Origin: Treponemataceae bacterium
GTDB taxonomy: Bacteria; Spirochaetota; Spirochaetia; Treponematales; Treponemataceae
Direction: 5' to 3'
Assembly: GCA_035352735.1 (NCBI GenBank)
Contig: DAOPYF010000001.1
Location: 8,385-72,384, forward strand
DNA: 64,000 bases
Below, in pieces: positions 43,617 to 52,939 of the stretch; the stretch's first letter is position 1; each line of letters opens with the position of its first letter. The position numbers and the translations under genes are program-made. A model generated the notes under the pieces. That model saw only the letters and a list, made by a program, of their open reading frames with translations. It had not been told where the DNA came from and searched no databases.

Positions 43617-45824
43617 TTACGGGAGTAAGCCCTTAAGGGATTTCGGCGCCGCTTTCTTCACCGTGTCGGTAACCGGCGCGAGCTGCTCGTTCGCCTTTTC
43701 GGTCGCGAGGTCCTTGATGCGCTTCTCGGCCTCGGCCTTTTTCGTATCGAGCGTGGCTTGGTAATTCTTGATGTCGTTCAGCGCGCTTTGCGCCTTTACC
43801 GCGGCATCGCCGAAACGCGCGATCTCGGTCGCGTATTTCGCCTTTTGCTCGGCGATGTATTTCTCCGCCTCTTTACGGATTCCCGCCTTAACCCGCTCGA
43901 TCTGGGCGTTCATCTCGGCCTTGATCGCGTTCGAAATCTCCTTGTCGACATCGGTGGCGACATCGATTGAAACCTTTCCATCCTTATCGATGACCGCCTT
44001 GACGTCAAGGTCGATCGTCTTTATCGAGGCGAGCACGTTGCGGTACGCGTTGTACACGAACTCGGGCTCGAAGGAATCGATCGCGAGCTTCGCGTCGCCG
44101 ACGACAAGGCCTGACCCGATCGTGACGGTGCCGTCTCGGGCAATCTTGAGCGTACCTGCCGCGCTTATCGTTCCCGTGATCGACGGAACGCCGGTTACGC
44201 CCTTCGAGTCGAGCGAGAGCGGATACCCGCTTCCGGTAAACTTCGTGTCGAGGGTGTCGACGGCCTTCGTCCTCAAGTCGATGATTCCGTTCGCCGTCTC
44301 CTGCATCTTGCCATGGTTCAGGGTAAGGCCCACGGTCATCGGCTTATTCACGCGATCCGCGTCGTTGGTAACGTTCTGGACGTTGGCGCCGCCGGAGATT
44401 CCCGACGCGGCGTCCTTCGCGGAGAGCTCGATGTTGCGGAGAAGAAGGTTCGGCGCGGAGTCATTGCCGAAGGAAAGCGTGCGGCCGGGAAGGCGCGCCA
44501 CGGCATTGGCGCGTTTCTTGAGCGACGCTTCCTTTTTTCCGCCCTTCGCGGAATTTGCCTGGAGTTCCTTGAGCGTCGTCACTCCCTTGTCGAGATAGGG
44601 ATAGTACTCGCCCAAGGTGTTGACGATGAAGGTTTTGAAGACGTCCGAAAGAATGCTCTTACCGGTATCGAGGTTAAGTCCCTTCACCGTGTCCGCAAGC
44701 GCCTTGAGCCTGGCGGCATCCGCCTTTATCGCCGCCTCGGCCTCATCGGAAAGCGCCTTCACCGTTTTCGCGTCGGCGGTCGCCTCTTGGGCGGTCGCGT
44801 TCGCGAGGTCTATCGAAGCCTTTACGCTGTCCGAGGCCGCCTTAATCTCGGCGAGCGCGGCTTGGGCGTCCTGCACCGTCTGTATCGATTTAACGTCGAG
44901 GCTGACGAGCTTCTTTCCATCGCCGATCGTCTTATCGACCTGGGCGCGGACTTCCTTATTCTTCGCCTGCCACTTATCGGCGAGGGCCGGCACGGTCGCG
45001 GTAATCTTCTCGACGACGGCGGGAGACTGGAGCGCGGCCTTTTCCTTTTCGAGGTATTTCACCGGGTCGAGCTGGTCCTTCACCGCGGCGATGCCCGCGC
45101 CGACCGAGACGCCCGACTTAACCTTGTCGGCCTCGGCTTTGATCGCGGCGACGACGGGATTCGGCTTCGCGTTCTTCTGCTTTTTATCGAATTTTTTCTG
45201 CTTTCGCGGGGGAAGCGCGCCGGAGGTCTTGCGATCGGTATTCCAGGTGATCCCCGATATCTCAAGATTGTTCGCGACAAGCTTTCCGCGCGACAATTCG
45301 AGGAGATTAAAGGATAGATCAAGTTTTTCGACGCCGAAGAGGTTTTTCATCGGCGAGGATCGATTGGCAATCTCAAGGGAATCGATTTCGAAACTCGCGG
45401 TAAGGAGATTGCAGTCGATTCGACCGATATCGCATTTCGCGCCGAAGGACGACTCGAGGGCCGAGGTCACGGCGATGCGCGCGATGACGTTACGGAAAAC
45501 GGTCAGCGCGAGGACTATGGCGATTACCGCAGCGAGCGCGAGGAGTATCGGAACGAGGTTGAATCGTCCCTTTTGCTTTTTAATCTGCTTCGCGATCAGC
45601 GCGAGACGCTTCGCGGTTGCCTTGTCGGTAACCTTCGCGGCGTCGATCGTATGGAGCGTGCCCTTCTTGGGATCCTCAACGGTCGTGAATAGGGATTCGA
45701 CGAGCTGTTTGTCGGCGGGTACGTAGAGTTTTTTCAGGATCTTCTTTTGGTAGGCCTTGTCGCCGTACTTCTTCGTAAAGAGTTTCGCGATCTTAATCTT
45801 CGGCGTTTTTTTGTCTGCACTCAT
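43617..45824 (-). CDS. TIGR03545 family protein
   Basis: TM, then FGAKCDI, ANRSSPMKNLF, TDRKTSGAL, long coiled coils; paired with TIGR03546. Confidence 0.75.
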   Translation of the reverse strand: MSADKKTPKIKIAKLFTKKYGDKAYQKKILKKLYVPADKQLVESLFTTVEDPKKGTLHTIDAAKVTDKATAKRLALIAKQIKKQKGRFNLVPILLALAAVIAIVLALTVFRNVIARIAVTSALESSFGAKCDIGRIDCNLLTASFEIDSLEIANRSSPMKNLFGVEKLDLSFNLLELSRGKLVANNLEISGITWNTDRKTSGALPPRKQKKFDKKQKNAKPNPVVAAIKAEADKVKSGVSVGAGIAAVKDQLDPVKYLEKEKAALQSPAVVEKITATVPALADKWQAKNKEVRAQVDKTIGDGKKLVSLDVKSIQTVQDAQAALAEIKAASDSVKASIDLANATAQEATADAKTVKALSDEAEAAIKADAARLKALADTVKGLNLDTGKSILSDVFKTFIVNTLGEYYPYLDKGVTTLKELQANSAKGGKKEASLKKRANAVARLPGRTLSFGNDSAPNLLLRNIELSAKDAASGISGGANVQNVTNDADRVNKPMTVGLTLNHGKMQETANGIIDLRTKAVDTLDTKFTGSGYPLSLDSKGVTGVPSITGTISAAGTLKIARDGTVTIGSGLVVGDAKLAIDSFEPEFVYNAYRNVLASIKTIDLDVKAVIDKDGKVSIDVATDVDKEISNAIKAEMNAQIERVKAGIRKEAEKYIAEQKAKYATEIARFGDAAVKAQSALNDIKNYQATLDTKKAEAEKRIKDLATEKANEQLAPVTDTVKKAAPKSLKGLLP

Positions 45825-46345
45825 CTTCCGAATCCTCCTACGTCAGGAGCCTGTATGATTTGCTTTATGAGCGGAAGGTTCGAAATGACCTTCGCGAACT
45901 TGCTATTGACGATCTTCGGCTGGAGCTTTTTCCGGTACCAGGTAACGAAGGTTCGCGCGAGCGCGTACATGGGAGCGTACGCGATGATTCCCATGGCAAG
46001 GCCGCCCATGACCATCGTGTTGTTGAACCTCGTGAGCCCGATGAACGGCGTATTGTAGAGCGCCGCAAAGACGCCGCCGAGCGGTTTCAGCGTGAGGATG
46101 GCGTAACCGAGCCCCTCGGTCGCCACGTCCGCGAACGGGACGAGGAACGAGAAGGCGATGAGCGTGATGAAAAAGGCGCCCTTATTGACCCTGATGAAAA
46201 TCGTGAGAAAGAAGAGAAATACCCAGAGTAAATTCGCCTTCGGCACGAACGCGAGCAGGAGCCCGAGGGCGGCGGCGTGCGCGATGTCTCCGGGATGCGC
46301 GTTCGCGTTGAGCGCGAGAAAGAATTTCCTTATGTACTTGAACAC
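45821..46345 (-). CDS. TIGR03546 family membrane protein
   Basis: ALNANAHP.DIA, P..NLLW, RVN, LYNTP...TRFNNTMVMG. Confidence 0.85.
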   Translation of the reverse strand: MFKYIRKFFLALNANAHPGDIAHAAALGLLLAFVPKANLLWVFLFFLTIFIRVNKGAFFITLIAFSFLVPFADVATEGLGYAILTLKPLGGVFAALYNTPFIGLTRFNNTMVMGGLAMGIIAYAPMYALARTFVTWYRKKLQPKIVNSKFAKVISNLPLIKQIIQAPDVGGFGR

Positions 46346-46375
46346 GAAAACCTCCTGCGGCTTTGCCGCTTTTTG

Positions 46376-47851
46376 CTAACCTTTTTTCGAAAATCGATCC
46401 AATGCCCTTTGATAGACGTCCGCGTATTCCCGCGCGGACGTATCCCAGCCGAACTCGCTCGCCATGCCGCGAAGCTGCATCTTGCGGATGTCGTTCCTGC
46501 GGTTATACCAAGCGTAGGCCGCCCAACCGACCGTGTCGTAGATGCTCTGCGGGGTAAGGTTGTCGAGCACGAAACCGGTGCCCTCCCCCGTTTTTTCGTC
46601 GTAGTTCTCGACCGTATCCGCGAGCCCGCCGGTTTTCCTGACGATCGGCAAGGTGCCGTAGAGAAGGGAGTACATCTGGTTGAGCCCGCAGGGCTCGTAC
46701 CGAGACGGCATAAGGAAGAAGTCAGAGCCCGCCTCGATGAGATGGCTTAAGGTCTCGTCGTAACCGACGTACGCGCGGAAGTTCGGGAGATTCTTGCTCA
46801 AGGCGGAAATTTCGCTTTCGCACCAGGATTCACCGGCGCCGAGAATGACCATCTGGAGCTTGATGTCCGAGCATATGCGGTACGCCGAGCCGTACGACGG
46901 GCCGAAGAGTTCGGAAACCCCTTTCTGGTCCGCGAGCCGGGTGATGATGCCAAAAACGGGGATTTCGGGATCGACCGGCAGCCCCATGCGTTTCTGGAGC
47001 GCTTCTTTGTTTGCCTTTTTTTTCTCGATCGTTTTCGCCGTGTACTGCGCCGCGATGAGTTTGTCCGTCGAGGGGTTCCAAATGGCGGTATCGACGCCAT
47101 TGAGGATTCCGGTAAGGTCTTGCGCCCGGTAGCGAAGGATGCCGTCCATGCGGAACCCGTACTCAGGGCGTTGTATCTCCTTCGCGTACGTCGGCGAGAC
47201 GGTCGTCAGCATGTCCGAGGAGACGAGGCCCGCCTTCAGGAAATTCATGCGGTCCCAATCCTCGAAACCCGCCGCGTAGAAATTATCCCATCCGAGCCCG
47301 GTGTACGGAAATAGGTGTTTCCCGTACACGCCCTGATAGCCGATGTTGTGGATCGTGAAGACGCTCGCGGTATGCGCGAACTCGTCCTTTCGCTCGTTGA
47401 ACTTGAGGAGTATCGGCGCGAGCGCGGCGGCCCAGTCATGCGCGTGGATGATATCGGGAAACCATGAAATCTTGCGGCAGAGCTGGAACGCCGCGTGCCC
47501 GAGGAGCGAGAAACGCTGGGGGTTGTCGTTGAAGTCGGTCTCGCCGGGAACCCCGTAGATGCCGTCGCGCCCGTAGCTTTGCTCGTGGTCGATGAAATAG
47601 ACCGGCACGTTCGATCCCGGAAGCTTCGAGTGATAGACCCCGGTCCAAATTTCCTGGTAGCCAGGATGCACGCCCATCGGTCCCGCGATGTGCTCGAGCT
47701 TGCTCCGGTCGATTCGGTAATAGCGCGGCATCACGACGCGAACGTCGTGCCCTTGTGCCGCGAGCGCGATCGAGAGCGCCGAAACCGCGTCAGCGAGGCC
47801 GCCCGTCTTCGCGAAGGGAACCGCCTCGCTCGTCACCATCAGTATCTTCAT
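46376..47851 (-). CDS. glgA: Glycogen synthase
   Basis: EAVPFAKTGGLAD, HAHDW, TIHN, RLADQKG, MPSRYEPCGLNQMY. Confidence 0.96.
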   Translation of the reverse strand: MKILMVTSEAVPFAKTGGLADAVSALSIALAAQGHDVRVVMPRYYRIDRSKLEHIAGPMGVHPGYQEIWTGVYHSKLPGSNVPVYFIDHEQSYGRDGIYGVPGETDFNDNPQRFSLLGHAAFQLCRKISWFPDIIHAHDWAAALAPILLKFNERKDEFAHTASVFTIHNIGYQGVYGKHLFPYTGLGWDNFYAAGFEDWDRMNFLKAGLVSSDMLTTVSPTYAKEIQRPEYGFRMDGILRYRAQDLTGILNGVDTAIWNPSTDKLIAAQYTAKTIEKKKANKEALQKRMGLPVDPEIPVFGIITRLADQKGVSELFGPSYGSAYRICSDIKLQMVILGAGESWCESEISALSKNLPNFRAYVGYDETLSHLIEAGSDFFLMPSRYEPCGLNQMYSLLYGTLPIVRKTGGLADTVENYDEKTGEGTGFVLDNLTPQSIYDTVGWAAYAWYNRRNDIRKMQLRGMASEFGWDTSAREYADVYQRALDRFSKKG

Positions 47852-47871
47852 AAGGGTATCCTTTCTTCTTC

Positions 47872-49074
47872 CTACCAGTCGTGCCGGGCCTGGGCGAACG
47901 CCTGCTCGGATCCTACAATCGATTTTTCCGAGACGCAATACGCGAGGCGAAACCAACCTGCCTTACCAAAGCCGGCGCCTGGTACGCCGAGCACGTGATA
48001 CGCCTTGAGATGCTCGCAGAACGCGCCGTCGTCGCCCGCTTTGCCCGAGGTTTTCGCGCGCTCGGGAACCTTGCAGAAGAGATAGAACGCGCCTTCCGGT
48101 TCGGCGTACGCGATCCCGGCCTTTCTCAGGATTGTCGTGAGCTTGTCGCGCCTTATGGCATAGGAGGAATAGTCGACGGGTTCGTCCCAGCACGCGGCGA
48201 CGACGCGCTGAAAGGTCGCCGGGGCGTTTACGTACCCGAGCACGCGGGTCGTGAAGATGATCGCGTCGACGAGCGCCTTCGCGTCCGTCGCGCGGGGATT
48301 GACCGCGGCATAGCCGATGCGCTCCCCCGGAAGGCTTAAGTTCTTCGCGAACGAGGTGACCACGACGGTATCGGGCCACGCGGGGAATATCGGCGCTACC
48401 TTCCGGTTATCGTAGATGATGTCGCGATAGGGCTCGTCGGCGATGACGAGCACGGACCTTCCCGTTTTCTCGTGATGCGCTTGAAGCGCGTGGGCGAGAT
48501 TCGCGATATCTCCTGTGCTATATACCTTGCCGGTCGGGTTGTTCGGGGAATTGATAATGAGCGCGACCGTTTTGTCTCCCAACGCTGCGGCGATCGCGTC
48601 GACGTCGAGGGAAAAGTCCTCTTTCGTCGCGACGGTTTTAAGCGTTCCCCCGTGGTTTCGGGCATAGTGCCCGTACTCGACGAAGTACGGCGCGGGGACG
48701 AGCACCTCGTCCCCCGGGGTAATGATGGCCTTGAGGACGGCGTTCATCGCGCCGGCGGCGCCGACGCCCATGACGATATGGGAAAAGTCGACCGGAACGC
48801 CCTGCTCGGCCGATACCTTAACCGCCATCGCCTTCCGCGTTTCGGGATATCCCGCGTTCGGCATATAGGCATGAAGCCCCTTTTCGCCCGACGTCGCGAT
48901 CTCCGCGAGGAGCTTTTTAACCTTTGCCGGGGGCTCGAGATCGGGGTTCCCGATGCTAAAGTCATAGACGTTGTCGGCACCGAATTGTGCCTTCATCTGT
49001 ATTCCTTCCTCGAACATTTTCCGGATAAAAGACGCGGAAGCCATTACTTCCTTGATGTGTGGTGCTACCGGCAT
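47872..49074 (-). CDS. Class I PLP-dependent (aspartate) aminotransferase
   Basis: IRKMFEEG, GNP, NSPNNPTG, DEPY, SFAKNLSLPGERIGY, GAFY. Confidence 0.9.
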   Translation of the reverse strand: MPVAPHIKEVMASASFIRKMFEEGIQMKAQFGADNVYDFSIGNPDLEPPAKVKKLLAEIATSGEKGLHAYMPNAGYPETRKAMAVKVSAEQGVPVDFSHIVMGVGAAGAMNAVLKAIITPGDEVLVPAPYFVEYGHYARNHGGTLKTVATKEDFSLDVDAIAAALGDKTVALIINSPNNPTGKVYSTGDIANLAHALQAHHEKTGRSVLVIADEPYRDIIYDNRKVAPIFPAWPDTVVVTSFAKNLSLPGERIGYAAVNPRATDAKALVDAIIFTTRVLGYVNAPATFQRVVAACWDEPVDYSSYAIRRDKLTTILRKAGIAYAEPEGAFYLFCKVPERAKTSGKAGDDGAFCEHLKAYHVLGVPGAGFGKAGWFRLAYCVSEKSIVGSEQAFAQARHDW

Positions 49075-49141
49075 GAGAATCTCCTCGTGGTTACTATTAT
49101 TAGAAGCATAACACATCAACTTCTTTTTGTAACTATTCTCC

Positions 49142-49186
49142 TTGTCAGGGGTCTTTTTATATGGTAGATTGTTCACAGGTTGAACA
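49142..49186 (+). promoter_or_regulatory. sigma70 promoter of the polysaccharide locus with an overlapping palindromic operator
   Basis: TTGTCA-N17-TAGATT (TG-extended), then TGTTCA-N5-TGAACA at 49170-49186. Confidence 0.65.
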
Positions 49187-49283
49187 CATAGACGGTCAGC
49201 TACGGGAACCTGTTTCGGCGGTACCGATTTTTTTGTCCGTTATCATCCCTTCCTCATATTTTAAACCATTTCCTAAAAAAAAG

Positions 49284-49844
49284 ATGGAACAAGACTCCGA
49301 ATACCTTCTCCTCAATAGTATCAACGAACTCACCCAAAAAAAGGCCGATATTAGCCAGCGCGACCTTGCCCGAGCGATTAATCTGTCGCTTGGCATGACG
49401 AACGTGCTCCTGAAGCGCCTGAGCCAGAAAGGGTTTATCCTTGTCCAAAAGGCTTCGCCCCGCCGGGTAAGCTATGCCCTGACGCCGTCGGGGGTCAATG
49501 AGCTCGCGGGGAGGACCTATCGGTACCTCAAGCGCACGATGAAAAAGGTCGTCGATTACAAGGAATCCATCCTTGATATCGCCCGCGACGCGCGCGCGCG
49601 CGGCTTTTCCTGCATAGCCATACTGGGGAAAAGCGACATGGACTTCATCATCGAGTATGCGGCGCGTAACGCGGGGCTCGATTTCGTGGTATATAAGGAC
49701 TTAGGCGAGATCGGCAAGGATACCTTCGTGTTCGTTTCCGAAAACTATGAGCGGAAGATGATCGAGGCGGGTCAGCCCTGCGCCCCACTTCCCGCCGAAG
49801 GGAACGCGGTCGCCCACATCTACGATCTGCTCTCGAAAGGATAA
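49284..49844 (+). CDS. Winged-helix MarR-like regulator (EPS-associated type)
   Basis: SQRDLARAINLSLGMTNVLLKRL..KG, YALTPSG; heads the polysaccharide locus. Confidence 0.85.
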   Translation: MEQDSEYLLLNSINELTQKKADISQRDLARAINLSLGMTNVLLKRLSQKGFILVQKASPRRVSYALTPSGVNELAGRTYRYLKRTMKKVVDYKESILDIARDARARGFSCIAILGKSDMDFIIEYAARNAGLDFVVYKDLGEIGKDTFVFVSENYERKMIEAGQPCAPLPAEGNAVAHIYDLLSKG

Positions 49845-49896
49845 GCACCGCTATGCGCACTGAAACAGCAATTTTTATGAAGGATAAGGGGCTCGC

Positions 49897-50946
49897 ATGA
49901 CGTACCTCGTCACCGGAGCCGCGGGTTTTATCGGCTCATTCACCGCAGTCTCGCTTCTCAAGGCCGGCCATACGGTCATCGGTCTTGACTCAGTCAATGA
50001 TTACTACCGAACCGACCTCAAGGAAGCGCGGCTTACCATGGTTGCCCGCGCGGCCGAGGAAGACGTTCCGCGAAACTCAGATGGTAACTGGCGCTTTTAC
50101 CGGGGCAATCTCGAGGACGCCGCGCTCATCGATCGCGTCTTCGCCGAAAACCGCTTCGATCGCGTCATCCATCTCGCGGCGCAGGCGGGCGTTCGGTACA
50201 GCATCACGAATCCGCGCGCGTACGCGACGAGTAACCTGGACGGGTTCCTCAATATCCTCGAGGCCTGCCGCGCGCATTCGATCGCGCATCTCGCCTTCGC
50301 GTCGAGCTCCTCGGTGTACGGCATGAACCGGAAGGTTCCGTTCTCTGAATCCGACCCGGTCGATCATCCCATGAGCCTCTATGCCGCGACCAAGCGCGCG
50401 AACGAGCTCATGGCCCATACCTATAGCCATCTCTATGGGCTGCCCGCGACGGGGCTCCGCTTTTTCACCGTGTATGGGCCGATGGGTCGGCCGGACATGG
50501 CATATTTTAAGTTCGCCGACGCGATCATGCGCGGCGAGAAGATCGACGTGTATAACAAAGGTGACCTTCTCCGCGATTTCACGTACGTCGACGATATCGT
50601 CAAGGCGGTCATCATGATCACGGATCGGCCCGCTCAAGGGGATTCCTCGTTCGATCCCGAGCGCCCGACGCTTGACCGTTCCTCGGCTCCGTACCGAATC
50701 TATAACATAGGCAACCAGCACCCGGAGCGCCTTGAGTATTTCATCTCGACCCTTGAGCGCCTCCTCGTAAGGCAGGCGATAAAGAACTATCTTCCCATGC
50801 AGGCGGGCGACGTCTATATGACCGCCGCCGACACGTCCAGTCTCGAGCGCGATTTCGGGTGGAAGCCCTCAACACCGCTCGAGGACGGACTCAGGAAATT
50901 TACCGATTGGTATAAGGAGACTCAACCATGGCAACGATCACTGTAG
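49897..50946 (+). CDS. UDP-glucuronate 4-epimerase-like NAD-dependent epimerase
   Basis: GAAGFIG, LAAQAGVRYS, SSSSVYG, YAATK, GRPDMA. Confidence 0.92.
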   Translation: MTYLVTGAAGFIGSFTAVSLLKAGHTVIGLDSVNDYYRTDLKEARLTMVARAAEEDVPRNSDGNWRFYRGNLEDAALIDRVFAENRFDRVIHLAAQAGVRYSITNPRAYATSNLDGFLNILEACRAHSIAHLAFASSSSVYGMNRKVPFSESDPVDHPMSLYAATKRANELMAHTYSHLYGLPATGLRFFTVYGPMGRPDMAYFKFADAIMRGEKIDVYNKGDLLRDFTYVDDIVKAVIMITDRPAQGDSSFDPERPTLDRSSAPYRIYNIGNQHPERLEYFISTLERLLVRQAIKNYLPMQAGDVYMTAADTSSLERDFGWKPSTPLEDGLRKFTDWYKETQPWQRSL

Positions 50947-52268
50947 CCGGAACCGGATACGTCGGCCTCGTTTCGGGCGCTTGTCTCGCCGACTTCGGAA
51001 ACACGGTTATTTGCGTCGATAACAACGCGGCGAAGATCGAGACCCTCAAGAACGGGGGTATCCCCATTTACGAGCCGGGACTCGACGAGGTCGTGAGCCG
51101 AAACGTCCAGGCCGGAAGGCTCGCCTTTTGCACCGACATGGCATCCTCGGTGAAAAAATCCGACGTCGTCTTCATCGCGGTCGGAACGCCTCCCGCGGAC
51201 GACGGAAGCGCCGACTTGAAATACGTCGAGGCCGTCGCGCGCGAGGTCGCCCGCGCGATGAACGGTTACAAGGTAATCGTCGATAAGAGCACTGTGCCCG
51301 TCGGAACGGGACGCCGCGTTATGAATTGGATAGCCGAGGAGCTCGCGAAGCGCGGCGCCGAGGCGAAGGGCTTCGCCTTCGACGTCGTGTCGAACCCCGA
51401 GTTTCTCCGCGAGGGATCGGCCGTTCAGGACTTCATGCACCCGGACCGCGTCGTCATCGGCGCGGAATCCGATCGAGCAAAGAATCTCATGAAGGACGTC
51501 TATCGCTCCTTGTATCTCAACGAAACGCCGTACATCGAGACGAATATCGAGACCGCCGAGATGATCAAGTACGCGTCGAACTCATTCCTCGCGGTCAAGA
51601 TCACCTTCATCAACGAGGTGGCGAACCTTTGCGAAAAACTCGGCGCGAACGTGCAGGACGTGGCGAAGGCCATGGGACGCGACGGGCGCATCGGCGGCAA
51701 ATTCCTCCACCCGGGACCGGGATACGGCGGAAGCTGCTTCCCGAAGGACACGCAGGCGATGGCGCGCATCGGCCGTGACGCAGGTGAACCCCTTTCGATT
51801 ATCGAGACTACCATCGAGGCAAACGAGCGTCAGAAGAGGCGCATGGTCGAAAAGATCGAGGCGGGATTCGGCGGACGCGCGGCAGTCGCGGGCAAAACCA
51901 TCGCGATGCTCGGACTCGCCTTCAAGCCAAACACCGACGACATGCGCGAGGCGCCCTCACTGACCATCATCGAGGGGCTCTGCGCCGATGGCGCGAAGAT
52001 TCGCGCGTGCGATCCCGCCGCGGTAAAAGAGGCGACGTGGCGGCTTGAGTCCTGCAAGGATTCGGTGAGCTACGTGAGCGACGAATACGATGCGATGCGC
52101 GGCGCGGACGCCGTCGTGCTCATGACGGAATGGAATCAATACCGCAATCTCGACTTGGACCGCGTAAAGAACCTCCTGAAGGCGCCGTTATTCTTCGATC
52201 TTCGAAACGTGTATAAGCGAGAGGACGTCGAGGCAAAGGGATTTCGGTACTTCGCGGTGGGAAAATAA
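50928..52268 (+). CDS. ugd: UDP-glucose 6-dehydrogenase
   Basis: GTGYVG, KSTVP, SNPEFLREG, GYGGSCFPKD, FKPNTDD. Confidence 0.95.
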   Translation: MATITVAGTGYVGLVSGACLADFGNTVICVDNNAAKIETLKNGGIPIYEPGLDEVVSRNVQAGRLAFCTDMASSVKKSDVVFIAVGTPPADDGSADLKYVEAVAREVARAMNGYKVIVDKSTVPVGTGRRVMNWIAEELAKRGAEAKGFAFDVVSNPEFLREGSAVQDFMHPDRVVIGAESDRAKNLMKDVYRSLYLNETPYIETNIETAEMIKYASNSFLAVKITFINEVANLCEKLGANVQDVAKAMGRDGRIGGKFLHPGPGYGGSCFPKDTQAMARIGRDAGEPLSIIETTIEANERQKRRMVEKIEAGFGGRAAVAGKTIAMLGLAFKPNTDDMREAPSLTIIEGLCADGAKIRACDPAAVKEATWRLESCKDSVSYVSDEYDAMRGADAVVLMTEWNQYRNLDLDRVKNLLKAPLFFDLRNVYKREDVEAKGFRYFAVGK

Positions 52269-52312
52269 CGCGTACGGTTTGTACGCATGAGTGAAAGCCA
52301 TTCTCTTTTAGT

Positions 52313-52915
52313 ATGAAGGTGAAGGCTATGAAAAAAGTTTCTTTTTCAAGAGCGCAATATATCGCCGCGGCGATAGCGCTCGTGCTTGTCGTCGCTTTCT
52401 TTGGCGTTCGTGCGCTCTCCGATCGGGTTGCCGAAAAAAGGCGTCGCATGGCGTTCGACAACCTCAACGCGACGGCAATTACGAAGATCGCCGAGCTCGG
52501 GGTTTTGAAATACCGTTACACGGACGTGATGGAGCTTAACCGAAAGTTCTTCGTCGGCGGGCCGAGCACTTCCCTCGTGCGCTTTACGGGAATCGTGAAG
52601 GCGGGTATCCCCGACGCGACGAAGATCGTCGCCACTTTTGATACCAAGGCAAACACCGTACGTATCAAGCTCCCTCGGGCTGCAATTATAGAAAATACCG
52701 TTGACGTGAGCACGGTGAAAATATGGGACATCAAACGGAACATCTTCGTCCCGATAACGACGGAACTCAAGCTCCAGGAGATTTCGGATTTTAAGAATAA
52801 AACCGCGCGGGAACTCGAGCTTTCGGGATTCTTGGCGGAAGCTGACGAACGCGCAGAAGAGCTTGTCTCTTCGCTCTACTCGGGCTTCGGCGCGAAAACG
52901 ACCATAACACGATAA
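52313..52915 (+). CDS. DUF4230 family protein
   Basis: N-terminal TM; IAELGV..Y.Y; GIVKAGI; IKLPRA. Confidence 0.65.
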   Translation: MKVKAMKKVSFSRAQYIAAAIALVLVVAFFGVRALSDRVAEKRRRMAFDNLNATAITKIAELGVLKYRYTDVMELNRKFFVGGPSTSLVRFTGIVKAGIPDATKIVATFDTKANTVRIKLPRAAIIENTVDVSTVKIWDIKRNIFVPITTELKLQEISDFKNKTARELELSGFLAEADERAEELVSSLYSGFGAKTTITR

Positions 52916-52939
52916 CGAAAAATAGAAAGGATACTGCTA

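Noticed and set aside
43768-45726. Long + strand ORFs (276, 334 and 369 aa) opposite the TIGR03545 gene, and similar antisense ORFs across the window
   Set aside because: Shadow ORFs expected from high GC and biased codon use; no motifs or RBS, and the opposite strand carries a recognisable gene
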